A stretch of 64,000 nt of DNA, from the NCBI GenBank assembly GCA_963795085.1, contig CAWCFX010000003.1, positions 160,001 to 224,000 of the forward strand, written 5' to 3'. The translations under genes and the position numbers were made by a program. The notes under the pieces were generated by a model. That model had not been told where the DNA came from and searched no databases. It saw only the letters and a program-made list of their open reading frames with translations. Origin of the DNA: an uncultured Gemmatimonadales bacterium. Lineage in GTDB: Bacteria; Gemmatimonadota; Gemmatimonadetes; Gemmatimonadales; GWC2-71-9. Below are positions 8,564 to 19,165 of this stretch, piece after piece; positions within the stretch are counted from its first letter, which is position 1, and every line of letters starts with the position of its first letter.

Positions 8564-10837
8564 ATGACCAATCTCGATATCCGCGGCCGTCCACCCTACG
8601 CCTGGGCGGCCCTCATGATGGTGCTGGTCCTGGCCATCTACATCGCGACCCTGGCGCCCACCACCGCGTTCTGGGACACCTCGGAGTACATCGCCTCGGC
8701 GTACGTGCTGGGTATTCCGCACCCCCCCGGCAACCCGCTCTTCAACGTGCTGGCGCACGTCTTCGGCGCCCTCCCGCTCGCCGCCTCGTACGCGGTCCGC
8801 ATCAACCTGTTCGCCGCCGTCACCAGTGCGTGCTCCGCCGGCCTGCTCTTCCTGGTAGCCGAGCGGTGGCTCCGCACCATCGTGGCGCCGCGGTGGGCCC
8901 GGCTGCTGGCCGCCGGCGCCGGCACCCTGGCCGGGGCCACCGCCTGGACGGTCTGGAACCAGTCCACCGTCAACGAGAAAGTGTACACCCTCTCGCTGCT
9001 GTCGGTCTCGCTCAGCCTCTGGCTGATCGTGCGCTGGGGCGACCTGGCCAGCGGGCCCCGCCGGGACCGGGTACTGGTGCTCATCGCGTACGTGATCGCG
9101 CTCAGCTCGACCAACCACATGATGGGTGTGCTGGTGGCACCCACTATCGCCGTGTACGTACTCTGGACCGACTGGCGGGAGGCCATCCGGCCATGGGTGC
9201 TGATCATGGGCTGGGCCCTGCTGCTCGGCGTGAGCGGCGCCTGGACCCGGATCGGGGCCTCCGGCACCGGCGCGGCCATCCTGGCGGTCACCGCCGCGTT
9301 GCTGCTCTACACGTTCTTCCGGGACCGGGAGGATTTTTTCCGGACGCCGCTCTACCTGGCGCTGGCCGCCGTCGCCATCGGGGTGAGCCTCAACTACTTC
9401 TTCCTGATGATCCGGGCCGGGCACTTCCCCGCCATCAACGAGGGAGAACCGACCACCTGGCAGGCCTTGCTTGACGTGCTGGAGCGGCGCCAATACGGGA
9501 AGCCCTCGGTGCTGGAGCGGCAGGCCGACATCACCTCCCAGCTGCAGAACTACTGGCAATACTTCAGTTGGCAGTTCGCGGGCGACTGCACCCGGGGCTT
9601 CAACCAGGGCTGCGCCTTCTTCGGACGGCTGGCAACCGGCCTCTTCCTGGCTCTCGGGCTGGGCGGCCTGGTCGCGCTCTGGCGGCGCGACCAGGAGGCG
9701 GCCGCCGGCGCTACCGTCATGATGGCCACGTTCACCCTCGTGCTGGTGTACTACCTGAACTTCAAGTACGGCTATTCGATCCACCCCGGGCAGACCTTGT
9801 CCCGGGAGGTCCGCGAGCGGGATTACTTCTTCGTGGCCTCGTTCCAGGCCTGGGGTCTGCTTGTGGCCCTGGGCCTGGGCGGGTTCATGAACTTCGTCGT
9901 CTCCTTCTTCCGCGACCGGGGCACCCCGACCGGACGCTGGGCCGCGGCGACCCCGGTGCTGGCCCTGGCGCTGATCCCGCTGCTCTTCAACCGGGTCACC
10001 GCCTCCCGCGCACACGAAACGCTCCCCCGTGACGTCGCCGTGGACATGCTGCAGTCCGTGGAACCCTACGGTATCCTGATCACCGCCGGCGACAACGACA
10101 CCTTTCCGCTCTGGTACGCCCAGGAGGTCGAGGGGATCCGGACTGATGTCACCCTCGCCAACCTTTCGCTGATGAATACCGAGTGGCACTTGCGCCAGCT
10201 GCGGCGGCGGCCGACTCCGGAGTTCCAGCCCGAGAAGGCCGCCAGGATCTGGCAGGGACGCGAATGGCCCCGGCCCGACAACCCGGTCTTCACCCTCACT
10301 GAGGAGGAACTGGAGGCGATCCCGCTCTACAGCCGGACACCCCGCTCCGGGGGCTCCCGGTTCGGGGACGTGGTCATCACTTTCGGCGATGACTACCTTG
10401 AAAAGTCCGACGTGGCCACGGCCCTCCTGATCCGGGACAACCTGGGCAAGCGCCCCATCTACTTCAGCTGGAGCGATGGGCCCTATCCCGACGAAAAACT
10501 TGGCCTCAGCCCCTACCTGGTCACCCAGGGGCTGGTGCGCCGCCTCCACCCCTCGGCGGTCGTCCCCAACGACTCGATAGTGATGAGCCGCGGATTCGGG
10601 TACCTGGACTATCCCCGGTCCCACGAATTGCTCTGGAACGAATACCGGTACGGCGCGGCGTCCCGCCGGCGGCCCCGGGGCTGGGTGGACCCGCCGTCGT
10701 CCCCAATGCTGCGGCTGTACCGGCTGCTCTATACTGTGATGGGGGATACCTACCAGGTCCAGGGCGATACGGCGGCCGCGGTGCGGGCCGACTCCGTCGC
10801 CCGGGCCATCGACCAGAACCTGCGGGCGGAAGACTAG
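8564..10837 (+). CDS. DUF2723 polytopic membrane protein (TMEM260/GT117-like putative glycosyltransferase)
   Basis: FWDTSEY..A..LGIPHPPG.P, EVRERDYFF and GDNDTFPLWY motifs; many TM helices plus a C-terminal soluble domain. Confidence 0.85.
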   Translation: MTNLDIRGRPPYAWAALMMVLVLAIYIATLAPTTAFWDTSEYIASAYVLGIPHPPGNPLFNVLAHVFGALPLAASYAVRINLFAAVTSACSAGLLFLVAERWLRTIVAPRWARLLAAGAGTLAGATAWTVWNQSTVNEKVYTLSLLSVSLSLWLIVRWGDLASGPRRDRVLVLIAYVIALSSTNHMMGVLVAPTIAVYVLWTDWREAIRPWVLIMGWALLLGVSGAWTRIGASGTGAAILAVTAALLLYTFFRDREDFFRTPLYLALAAVAIGVSLNYFFLMIRAGHFPAINEGEPTTWQALLDVLERRQYGKPSVLERQADITSQLQNYWQYFSWQFAGDCTRGFNQGCAFFGRLATGLFLALGLGGLVALWRRDQEAAAGATVMMATFTLVLVYYLNFKYGYSIHPGQTLSREVRERDYFFVASFQAWGLLVALGLGGFMNFVVSFFRDRGTPTGRWAAATPVLALALIPLLFNRVTASRAHETLPRDVAVDMLQSVEPYGILITAGDNDTFPLWYAQEVEGIRTDVTLANLSLMNTEWHLRQLRRRPTPEFQPEKAARIWQGREWPRPDNPVFTLTEEELEAIPLYSRTPRSGGSRFGDVVITFGDDYLEKSDVATALLIRDNLGKRPIYFSWSDGPYPDEKLGLSPYLVTQGLVRRLHPSAVVPNDSIVMSRGFGYLDYPRSHELLWNEYRYGAASRRRPRGWVDPPSSPMLRLYRLLYTVMGDTYQVQGDTAAAVRADSVARAIDQNLRAED

Positions 10838-13662
10838 GGGGTTTCGGCGGGGCGGGCCTGGAGGCCGGCCTGGTCCAGCGCCTGCCGCACCAGGGCCAGC
10901 ATGGTGTCCACCTTGAAGGGTTTCTGGAGAAACCGGCCCGGGGCGATGATATCCTGGCCCTGGTCCTGCGCGACCATCTCGAAGGGGTGGCCGGAGACGA
11001 AAATCACCGGCAGGTCGGCTCGGATCGCGTGGAGGCGGTTTGCCAGCTCCACGCCGCTCATCACCGGCATGGCGATGTCGGTCAGCACCAGGTCCACCGG
11101 CTCCTGCTCTACGATGGCGATGGCTTCCTGTCCCCCCGCCGCTTCGATCACCCGGTAGTTCCCCAATTCCAGGCCGCGGCTGAGCAGGCGGCGGACCTGC
11201 TCTTCGTCGTCCACCACCAGGATGGTCTCGCTCCCGGTCCGGGATACCATCGCCGGCGGGGCGGGCATTTCGGCCGTGGGCTCGTACGTCAGCGGCAGGC
11301 CGATGGAAACCACCGTGCCGTACCCGGGTTTGCTCTCCACCCAGAGGTCTCCACCGCTCTGGGAAACGATGCCCTCGACGACCGACAGGCCGAGGCCGGT
11401 TCCCTGCCCCAGTGGCTTGGTGCTGAAGAAGGGCTCGAAGATGCGGCTCAGCGTCGCTCCGTCGATACCCTCACCGGTATCCGCGACCGACAGCAGGGCC
11501 ACCCCGGGTTCCCCCCACACCGTGCCGAACCGGCCGCCGGCCGGGCCGGTCTCTGCCCGGCGGGTGGAAATGGTCAACTCCCCGGTGCCCCGAACGGCAT
11601 CGCGCCCATTCAGCGCGAGATTGACCAGGATCTGGATCAGCTGGGTCCGGTCCGCCATCACCCATTTGGGGCCGGGCTCGAACAGAACGCTCAGCCGGAT
11701 CTCGGGGCCCAGGGTGCGCTTGAGGACCGATTCCGCTTCCATCACCACGGTATCCAGGTCGAGCACCCTGGTTTCCAGCACCTGGCGCCGGCTCAGCGCC
11801 AGCAGTTGGCGGGTCAACCCGGAAACCCGCTCGGCGGCCGCCCCCATGTGGGCCAGGTCGTTCCGCTGGTTCTCCGTCAGGTTGCCGCTGCGGAGCAGGA
11901 ACTCCACGAAACTCGAAATCACCATCATCTGGTTATTGGTTTCGTGCGCCATGCCGCCGGCCAGCCGACCGACCGTTTCCATCCGCTGGGCGCGCTGCAG
12001 CTGTTCCTCGGCCTCGCGCCGGTCGTGCACGTCAATCGTGGTCCCGATCCACTCCAGCACTTCCCCACTCTCATCGAGCAGCGGGACGCCCACGGTATGC
12101 ATCCGGCGGTAGGCACCGTCCCGGCGGCGGAGGCGAAATTCGACGTCGACCATCCGTTTCAGGGCCTGGGCCTGACCCCAGACCCGCTGGACCCGCGGGA
12201 TATCCAGCGGGTGCATCCGGGAGAACCAGCCCAACGGGTCGGCCTTCAGTTCCTCGAAGGATTGGCCGGTTACTTGTTCCCAGCCCGCGGTCTCGTCGAT
12301 GGCCCGCCCGTCGGGGGCGACCCGCCAGACCATGGCGCCGGTCGCCGTGACCAGGGTGCGGAAACGGCCTTCGCTTTCCCGGAGCGCGAGTTCAGCCGCC
12401 TCCCGGTCGCGCAACTCCACCTGCGCTTCCCGGTAGAGCCGGGCGTTGCTGATGGCGAGCCCGACATGCACCGCGAGCGCCTCGGCGTTCTGGACATCGA
12501 CCTCGGTGTACTCGCGGCCCGACTGGGCCGAGGCCAGCGTGATCACCCCGAGCAGCTCGTGACGAACCATGAGCGGAATCGCCATGAGCGACTTGAGACC
12601 CATGGAACGAAGCAGGTCAAGGTGGCGGGAATCGCGCGCGCGGGATTGCAACCAGGCGTCGGTCACCCGCGGTACCAGTTCAGGGCGCCGGGTGCGCAGG
12701 GCCGCCTGAATGACATGCGGGCCGGTGCCGGTGGGCAGGTACCGGCTGCGCAACTCGGCAATGAATTGCTCCCGGTTCGGGCTGGCGGCCCGCACCGCCA
12801 CCTTCCGGAATGAACCGTCGCTCTCCAGCAGATCTACGAAGCACCAGTCGGCCAGGTGCGGCACGGCCAGCTCCGCCACCTGGTTGAGAGTTTCGTCATA
12901 GTCGAGCGTCTGCGCCAGCAGCCGGCTGGCTTCGGCAATAAAGCGGGCGCTGGCCTCGGCATGGCGCAGCGGACTCACGTCCCTGAGGTGGGCGGCGAGC
13001 CCGGTACCGGTAGGATAGGCCGTGAGTTCGAGCCACCGGCCGTTCACCGGGCTGGCGGAATCGATTCGCACAACCTGCTCTCCCCCGAACGCGGCTCGAA
13101 GCGCCCGGTCCAGATCAGTTCCGGGGAGGCCGGGATACAGGGCCCACAATTCCTGGCCCTCCAACGCCTGGGGCCGGCGGCCGAGGGCCGCCGCGGCGTG
13201 GGCGTTGATGAAGGTGACCCGCCACTCGGGATCCACCACCACGAAATCGTCAGCCATGCCGGCCAGCAGGTCGCGGAGCCGACGTTCGACGGCCTCGGCG
13301 CGGGCCCGGGTTCGGTGCAACGAGCCGCTCAACATCACGCAGGACATGGCCACCACGCCGAAAGTCACGCCGCTGATCAGGCCGAACCGGGTGAGGGCGA
13401 TCGTGTAGACAGGGGGGATGAAGAGGAACTCGGCCGCCACGACACTGAGCACCACGGCGAGAATGCCGGGGCCGACACCTCCGTACCAGGCGGCGCAAAC
13501 CACGGCCCCGAAAAAAGTGACGTATGGAAGGTAGGTACCCAGTAACGGGAGGAGGGACCACCGGATTCCCGCCGCGACGAGCACGGCGGCCACCGCCACG
13601 GCATAGGCCGAGGTGGCAGAGAGCCGGTGGGGCGCGTCAGCCCCGGGCGATCGTTCGGTCAC
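10834..13662 (-). CDS. hybrid sensor histidine kinase/response regulator (DUF4118-like TM, PAS, GAF, PAS, HisKA, HATPase, REC)
   Basis: LAGGMAHETNN H-box, NLALNGRDA, DTGEGI, FEPFFSTK, GTGLGL, VDDEE..TDIAMP..KPF. Confidence 0.95.
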   Translation of the reverse strand: MTERSPGADAPHRLSATSAYAVAVAAVLVAAGIRWSLLPLLGTYLPYVTFFGAVVCAAWYGGVGPGILAVVLSVVAAEFLFIPPVYTIALTRFGLISGVTFGVVAMSCVMLSGSLHRTRARAEAVERRLRDLLAGMADDFVVVDPEWRVTFINAHAAAALGRRPQALEGQELWALYPGLPGTDLDRALRAAFGGEQVVRIDSASPVNGRWLELTAYPTGTGLAAHLRDVSPLRHAEASARFIAEASRLLAQTLDYDETLNQVAELAVPHLADWCFVDLLESDGSFRKVAVRAASPNREQFIAELRSRYLPTGTGPHVIQAALRTRRPELVPRVTDAWLQSRARDSRHLDLLRSMGLKSLMAIPLMVRHELLGVITLASAQSGREYTEVDVQNAEALAVHVGLAISNARLYREAQVELRDREAAELALRESEGRFRTLVTATGAMVWRVAPDGRAIDETAGWEQVTGQSFEELKADPLGWFSRMHPLDIPRVQRVWGQAQALKRMVDVEFRLRRRDGAYRRMHTVGVPLLDESGEVLEWIGTTIDVHDRREAEEQLQRAQRMETVGRLAGGMAHETNNQMMVISSFVEFLLRSGNLTENQRNDLAHMGAAAERVSGLTRQLLALSRRQVLETRVLDLDTVVMEAESVLKRTLGPEIRLSVLFEPGPKWVMADRTQLIQILVNLALNGRDAVRGTGELTISTRRAETGPAGGRFGTVWGEPGVALLSVADTGEGIDGATLSRIFEPFFSTKPLGQGTGLGLSVVEGIVSQSGGDLWVESKPGYGTVVSIGLPLTYEPTAEMPAPPAMVSRTGSETILVVDDEEQVRRLLSRGLELGNYRVIEAAGGQEAIAIVEQEPVDLVLTDIAMPVMSGVELANRLHAIRADLPVIFVSGHPFEMVAQDQGQDIIAPGRFLQKPFKVDTMLALVRQALDQAGLQARPAETP

Positions 13663-13692
13663 GCCACCGGACTCCCATAGTTGATGCCGGGA

Positions 13693-14133
13693 TCACCCGC
13701 GGCGCTTGGCGCCACGGGCGCCGCCGGCACCACCAGCACCACCGGCACCACCGGCACCACCGCCGCCGCGGCCCCGGCGGCCGCCGGCTCCGCCACCCGC
13801 AGCTCCGCCGGCACGGCCGGTGATTCGCCAGAGAAACGCCGCCCGCCCATCATAATTGCGGGTCATCAGGACCCCGTAGGACGTGCCGTCGAGATTCAGG
13901 CGCGCTTCGGTTTCGCCGCTGGCACAGGTCTGAAACGCCTGGCCGATGCACACGCTGAATGGCTTGGCTGCTGGAGTGGTCCGGGCCCGGAAGAGCGCGC
14001 TGTCCAGTGCGGTCATGGCCGTAAGGGTGTCACTGGGGTCCTCCCCTCCCACCTGGGGCATGGCTCCCCGCTGCGCCTGAGCGGCCTGGCCGAGGGCGGC
14101 CACGAGAACCAGGCCCGCCAGGACCCGTCTCAC
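13693..14133 (-). CDS. small secreted hypothetical protein with Gly/Arg-rich tail
   Basis: GGAGG RBS before GTG 14133; signal peptide RRVLAGLVLVAALGQAAQA; two Cys; GGA-repeat tail. Confidence 0.65.
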   Translation of the reverse strand: MRRVLAGLVLVAALGQAAQAQRGAMPQVGGEDPSDTLTAMTALDSALFRARTTPAAKPFSVCIGQAFQTCASGETEARLNLDGTSYGVLMTRNYDGRAAFLWRITGRAGGAAGGGAGGRRGRGGGGAGGAGGAGGAGGARGAKRRG

Positions 14134-14453
14134 GGGATCAAACCCTCCCTGCGAATGTCGCACCGGTGCCACAGTGTTCCTCTCGGCCAAGTGACATTTG
14201 ACCCTTCGGTATAAGCTATCGCCGGAAGCCCGGCAAGCCAATTGGATCTGAAAAAACGACAGTGCCCAGATAGTTCTCAGGTCCCGCTGGAGCGCTCTTT
14301 GCGGAGAATTCCATCGCCGATTCGGCGATCTGGTGACCAGCGAGTGGAAGCTGCACCGCCAGCGGGAGTTAGAGAATGCGGTGACGCTTCTTGCACTTCC
14401 CCCACCCCACAGGCGGTCTGGCAATTCGCCAGCGCCCGTTCCCGGAGGTCTGA

Positions 14454-14684
14454 ATGCCATATACCCGCGCTCGGGTCAAGCCGATGGATTCCCTGCATTA
14501 TCCCGGCCTGAGTATCACCCGCTGGTACCCGGTTGCGCCGTTGTGGCCCGGCGTTACCCAGCGCATGATCAACCTGCTGGGCGAGCGGCTGGCTCGCCTG
14601 GAAACCCCGACTGGCCCGATCCAGGTCAAGGCCTCGCACTTCGACTTCCAGTACGAGGAGGATACCGCGCCGGAACACCGCTAG
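14454..14684 (+). CDS. small hypothetical protein (76 aa)
   Basis: GGAGG RBS 5 nt before ATG; GC3-rich codons; stop shares CTAG with the convergent RND gene. Confidence 0.6.
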   Translation: MPYTRARVKPMDSLHYPGLSITRWYPVAPLWPGVTQRMINLLGERLARLETPTGPIQVKASHFDFQYEEDTAPEHR

Positions 14685-17600
14685 TCGGCTGCGGGCTCCG
14701 GGTCCGCCAGGGGCGCCGGCTTCGCGGTCCCCGCGATCCGGCGGAATCGCCCCAGCACCGCTTCGCGCCAATCGTCCAGGATTTCATACACGGTGGGGAT
14801 CACCAGCAGGGTCAGCAACGTGGACGTAAGGGTGCCCCCGATGACCGCGATGCCCAGCGGGGCCCGGAACTGGGCCCCTTCCCCGCCCCCCAGGGCGACC
14901 GGAATCATCCCGGCGATCAGCGCGAACGTCGTCATCAGGATTGGCCGAAGCCGGATGGCGCCGGCTTCGATCAGGGCTTCCCGGAGGGGAAGTCCGTCTT
15001 TGTCCCGGGCCCACTTGGCGAAGTCAATCAGCAGGATAGCGTTTTTCGCCACGATCCCCATCAGCAGGATCACCCCGATCAGGCTCATGATGTTGATGGT
15101 CCCGCCGGTCAGCGCCAGCCCCAGCATCACGCCGATCAACGACAGCGGCAGGGACATCAAGATGGCGAGCGGGTCCAGGAAGGACCCGAACTGCATCACC
15201 AGGATGAGGTACATCAGCAGGACGGCCACGCCCAGCGCGACGAAGATGTTGCCAAAGACTTCGCTCTGCTGCTCGGCGTCCCCGCCTTCGGTCACGGTAA
15301 TGCCGCTGCCCAGCTGGTGGCCGGCCAATCGCTGCCGCACATCGGCCATCACCTCGCCGGTGGAGCGGCCCGAGACGTTCCATTCGACGTTGACCACCAG
15401 GTCGCGGTCCAGGTGGTTGATGACCGCGGGACCGATGCTTGGCTCGATCTGCGCGACCTGGCCCAGCGGAATGGTCGCCGGGCCCCCCGCGGTGCTGATC
15501 AGCAGGGGAATCTGGCGGAGGTCCTCCGCCCGCCGGCGGGCTTCCGGCGCCAGCCGCACCACGACGTCGCGGGTATCTCCGCTGGGATCCACCCAGTCGC
15601 CGGCGTCAATCCCGGCAAAGGCGGGCCGCAGCGACTGGGCTACCTGCCCGACCGTAATGCCCAGGGAGCCGGCGAGGCCCCGCCGCATTTCCACGTTCAG
15701 TTCCGGCTTGAGCCCCTTGCTGGAGAGCGAGATATCCACCGCGTTGGGAACCTCGCGGACCACCGCCAGGACCTGCTCCGCCGCCGCGTTAATGGAGGGC
15801 AGGTCGGTGCCCTTAAGCTGCACCGATAGCTGCTTCCGCCCCCCGCCGAAGTCGTTGGTGAACACTGCCAGCGTCACGCCGGCGATCTGCTTTACCTGCT
15901 CCCGGACGGTGGCCGCGAACTCCTCGACGCTGACGTCGCGCTCGTCCTTGGGAAGCAGCTTGACGAAAATGGTCCCGACGTCCACCGCGCCGGAGATGCC
16001 TCCGCCCAGCGTCGTGTACGTGTAGCGTACCTCGGGGTGGGCGCGGACCAGCGCCGCGGCCTCCGCCGCCTTGAGCCGGGTGTACTCCAGGTTGGAACCG
16101 GGCGGCGTTTCGACCTGGATGTTGAATTCGGCCTTGTCATCCTCGGGGAAGAACGCCATTCCCACCTTGCCCCATGTCGGGGCAACGTCAAAGAGCAGGC
16201 CAGCCATGAGAAGTCCGGCGGTAAATCCGGCGAGCCGAAGGGGCCAGGCCCAGGCGCGCGTCACGGCCAGCACCATGACGGTGATCCCCGCCATGACCGC
16301 CAGCAGGCCGGGGATTCCCTTGGCCGGAAGGGTAAAGGCGGCCACAAAGGTCCCCACCGCCAGCACGACGACCGCCAGCCGGTGGTCCAGCGCCCAGGCG
16401 ATCACCCCGCGGTAGCCATGCGCCAGCCGGTTGAACCACGCGTTGAAGCGGTCCAGCGCGCGGGTGATCCAGCGCTTTTTGGCCTCCGGGACGTGGGGGT
16501 CGGCCCAGTAGGCCGAAAGCATCGGGTCCAGGGAGAACGAGACGAAGAGCGAGACCAGGACCGAGCAGGCGATGGTGAGGGCGAACGGCTTGAACCACTG
16601 GCCGCCAACCCCGCTCATGAACGCGATGGGAACGAACACCGCCAGGATCGAAAACGTGGTCGCCGCCACCGCGAGACCGATCTCGTCGGTCCCTTCCCGG
16701 GCGGCGGTGTAATGGTCCTTTCCCATTTCGACGTGGCGCACGATGTTCTCCCTCACCACGATGGCGTCATCGATCAGGATGCCGATCGCCAGCGAGAGTC
16801 CCAGCAGCGACATGGTGTTCAGGGTGAACCCGAAGGCCCAGACCGCGATGAAGGAGGCCAGCACCGACACCGGAAGCGCCAGGCCGGTGATAACGGTCGA
16901 TCGCCAGGAGTTCAGGAAGAAGAACACCACCACCACCGTGAGGAAGGCGCCTTCCAGCAGCGCTTCCTGGACATTATTGACCGAGGCGGTCACCCGGGTG
17001 CCGGCATCGCGCACCACGTCCAGCGTGGCGCCCGCGGGAAGCGTCGCCTGCATCCGGTCCACCCGCTCCAGGATCAGGCTGCTCACGTCGGTGGTGCTGT
17101 AGCCCTTGGACTTCTTGACATCGATCCCCACGGCTTCGCGTCCGTTGAACAGCGCGAGGGTACGTTGCTCCTCGGTGCCGTCCTTCACCTGGGCCACCTG
17201 GCCCAGCCGGATCAGCGATCCGTTCCGCTCCGCGACCACCAGTTGGGCAAACTCTTCCGGCCCCGCCATGCGGCCCTTGAGCCGGATGGACCGCTCGTCG
17301 AACTCGCCGGTGACCCGCCCCACCGGCGTGGCCAGGTTCTGCAACTGCAGCGCCTGGACGACCTGGGCGACGCCCACCCCGGCCGACTGCAGCGCAGCGG
17401 GGTTCAACTCGACCGTCAGTTCCCGCTCCAGATTGCCCGAGATGGACACTTCGGCGACGCCCGGAATCGAGCGAAGCTCCCGGGTGATGCGCGGATCGGC
17501 CAGCCGGGTCAGCTCGGCCGGGTTGTGCCGGGTGGACGACAGGGCCAGCGAGACGATCGGCCGGTCGGTATCGTTGAACTTCTTGATGATCGGCTCTTCC

Positions 17601-17968
17601 ATCTCCTCCGGAAGGTCGGACCGGATGGTAGAGATGGCGTCCCGGATGTCCTGGGTCGCCTCCCCCAGGGGCTTGTCGAACTGGAACTCCACCACGATGG
17701 AGCCGAAGGCATCCTCCGCCTTCCCCATGATCTTCTTGACCCCGCTGATCGAGGCGATGGCCTCCTCGACCGGGTCCAGCACTTCCTTCTCCACCCCGTC
17801 CGGGGAAGCCCCCGGGTAGAGGATGCCCACCGTCACGAACGGCGGGGCGACATCGGGAAACTCGTCGGTGGACAGCCGCAGCAGCGCCACCGTCCCGAAC
17901 ACCACCAGGGCGAGCATGGATACCACGGTGATCACGGGCCGCTTGATGGCGAAATCTGATATCAGCAT
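14681..17968 (-). CDS. RND efflux permease (AcrB/HAE1 family)
   Basis: [26 protein letters not shown] proton-relay motifs; 1095 aa. Confidence 0.97.
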   Translation of the reverse strand: MLISDFAIKRPVITVVSMLALVVFGTVALLRLSTDEFPDVAPPFVTVGILYPGASPDGVEKEVLDPVEEAIASISGVKKIMGKAEDAFGSIVVEFQFDKPLGEATQDIRDAISTIRSDLPEEMEEPIIKKFNDTDRPIVSLALSSTRHNPAELTRLADPRITRELRSIPGVAEVSISGNLERELTVELNPAALQSAGVGVAQVVQALQLQNLATPVGRVTGEFDERSIRLKGRMAGPEEFAQLVVAERNGSLIRLGQVAQVKDGTEEQRTLALFNGREAVGIDVKKSKGYSTTDVSSLILERVDRMQATLPAGATLDVVRDAGTRVTASVNNVQEALLEGAFLTVVVVFFFLNSWRSTVITGLALPVSVLASFIAVWAFGFTLNTMSLLGLSLAIGILIDDAIVVRENIVRHVEMGKDHYTAAREGTDEIGLAVAATTFSILAVFVPIAFMSGVGGQWFKPFALTIACSVLVSLFVSFSLDPMLSAYWADPHVPEAKKRWITRALDRFNAWFNRLAHGYRGVIAWALDHRLAVVVLAVGTFVAAFTLPAKGIPGLLAVMAGITVMVLAVTRAWAWPLRLAGFTAGLLMAGLLFDVAPTWGKVGMAFFPEDDKAEFNIQVETPPGSNLEYTRLKAAEAAALVRAHPEVRYTYTTLGGGISGAVDVGTIFVKLLPKDERDVSVEEFAATVREQVKQIAGVTLAVFTNDFGGGRKQLSVQLKGTDLPSINAAAEQVLAVVREVPNAVDISLSSKGLKPELNVEMRRGLAGSLGITVGQVAQSLRPAFAGIDAGDWVDPSGDTRDVVVRLAPEARRRAEDLRQIPLLISTAGGPATIPLGQVAQIEPSIGPAVINHLDRDLVVNVEWNVSGRSTGEVMADVRQRLAGHQLGSGITVTEGGDAEQQSEVFGNIFVALGVAVLLMYLILVMQFGSFLDPLAILMSLPLSLIGVMLGLALTGGTINIMSLIGVILLMGIVAKNAILLIDFAKWARDKDGLPLREALIEAGAIRLRPILMTTFALIAGMIPVALGGGEGAQFRAPLGIAVIGGTLTSTLLTLLVIPTVYEILDDWREAVLGRFRRIAGTAKPAPLADPEPAAD

Positions 17969-17983
17969 GACAATAGTTCCCGG

Positions 17984-19165
17984 TTACCGCTCGACCGCCC
18001 TGCCGGTTTGCTCGGCCGGGCTGCGGACCCGCGCCGGCCTGTTCTCCGCGATGCCCTGCGCCGAGCCAAGCAGGACGGTATCTCCCGCGGCCACGCCCCG
18101 CAGGATCTCGACCCGTTCGGTGGCCGCGTCCTCCAGCCCGGTCTGCACTTCGACCTGACGGATCCGGCCGTCTTTCAGCAGCGTCACCATGGGCCGAAGC
18201 CCCCGGTCGTCCACCGCTCCCCGGGGGATGACCACCCCGGTCCGGGTCACTGTGACCACCCGGCCCTCGGCGAAGAGACCGCCCACCAGGGTCTGCCCGG
18301 CGTTGGAAACCGTCACGTAAATCCGGACCTGCCGAGTCGCCGGGTCCACCACCGGGTTGATCCGGGTCACCCGGCCGGCGAAGACCTGCCCCGGGTACCC
18401 GGTGACCGCGAAGTTGACGCTCGACCCGACCCGGACGTCTTTCAGGTTCTCGGCGGGGACCGCGGCTTCCAGCCGGAGACTCCCCGGGTCCACCACCGTT
18501 ACGATCGGCGTCCCGGCTTGCACGACATCGCCCACGTCCACCGGGCGGGCGCTCACGATGCCCGCGAAGGGGGCCCGGATCTCGGTGTTGCCGAGCTGCC
18601 GATTCGCCGCGGATAACCGGGCCCTGGCCTCGGCCACCCGGGCTTCGGCGCTGGTGACCTCGAGCTGGGCGTTCTCCAGTTCCCTCGAGGCCACCGCGCC
18701 GGCTTCGGTCAGGCGCCGGGCCCGGTCCTCGTTCCGCCGGGCCAGTACCAATCCCGCCTCGGCGGTGCGGAGTGCCGACTGGCTGGAGACCTGGGCCTCC
18801 CGGACGTTCTCCGCCTCGATCCGCGCCAGCAGCGCGCCCCGCCGCACTGCCTGGCCGGGCTCGACTCCGACCTGCAACACGGTGCCGCTCATCTCCGCCC
18901 GGATATCGGCGGCCCGGTCGGGCTCCAACGAGCCGGAGACCAGCGGCCCGCTCTCCAGCGCGGTCGAATCGGCCACCATGATGTTTTCAGGCCCCAGCGA
19001 AACGACGCTATCGCCGATCCCCGCTTCACCCGCTTCGCCGCTCCTGCCGCACCCGCTCGTGGCTACGAGCGAAGCCGCCACGCCCAGGAGACCCAGCGCT
19101 GACGCCAGCTTGCCCCGCATAGATCGGTCACTCCTTGCATTCGACTGGGTAAACAGCACGGTCAT
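17984..19165 (-). CDS. RND periplasmic adaptor (membrane fusion protein)
   Basis: Barrel-sandwich and alpha-hairpin pattern, IRAPFAGIV, INPVVDPATR; ATG 19165 overlaps TolC stop (ATG 19120 is an alternative). Confidence 0.92.
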   Translation of the reverse strand: MTVLFTQSNARSDRSMRGKLASALGLLGVAASLVATSGCGRSGEAGEAGIGDSVVSLGPENIMVADSTALESGPLVSGSLEPDRAADIRAEMSGTVLQVGVEPGQAVRRGALLARIEAENVREAQVSSQSALRTAEAGLVLARRNEDRARRLTEAGAVASRELENAQLEVTSAEARVAEARARLSAANRQLGNTEIRAPFAGIVSARPVDVGDVVQAGTPIVTVVDPGSLRLEAAVPAENLKDVRVGSSVNFAVTGYPGQVFAGRVTRINPVVDPATRQVRIYVTVSNAGQTLVGGLFAEGRVVTVTRTGVVIPRGAVDDRGLRPMVTLLKDGRIRQVEVQTGLEDAATERVEILRGVAAGDTVLLGSAQGIAENRPARVRSPAEQTGRAVER

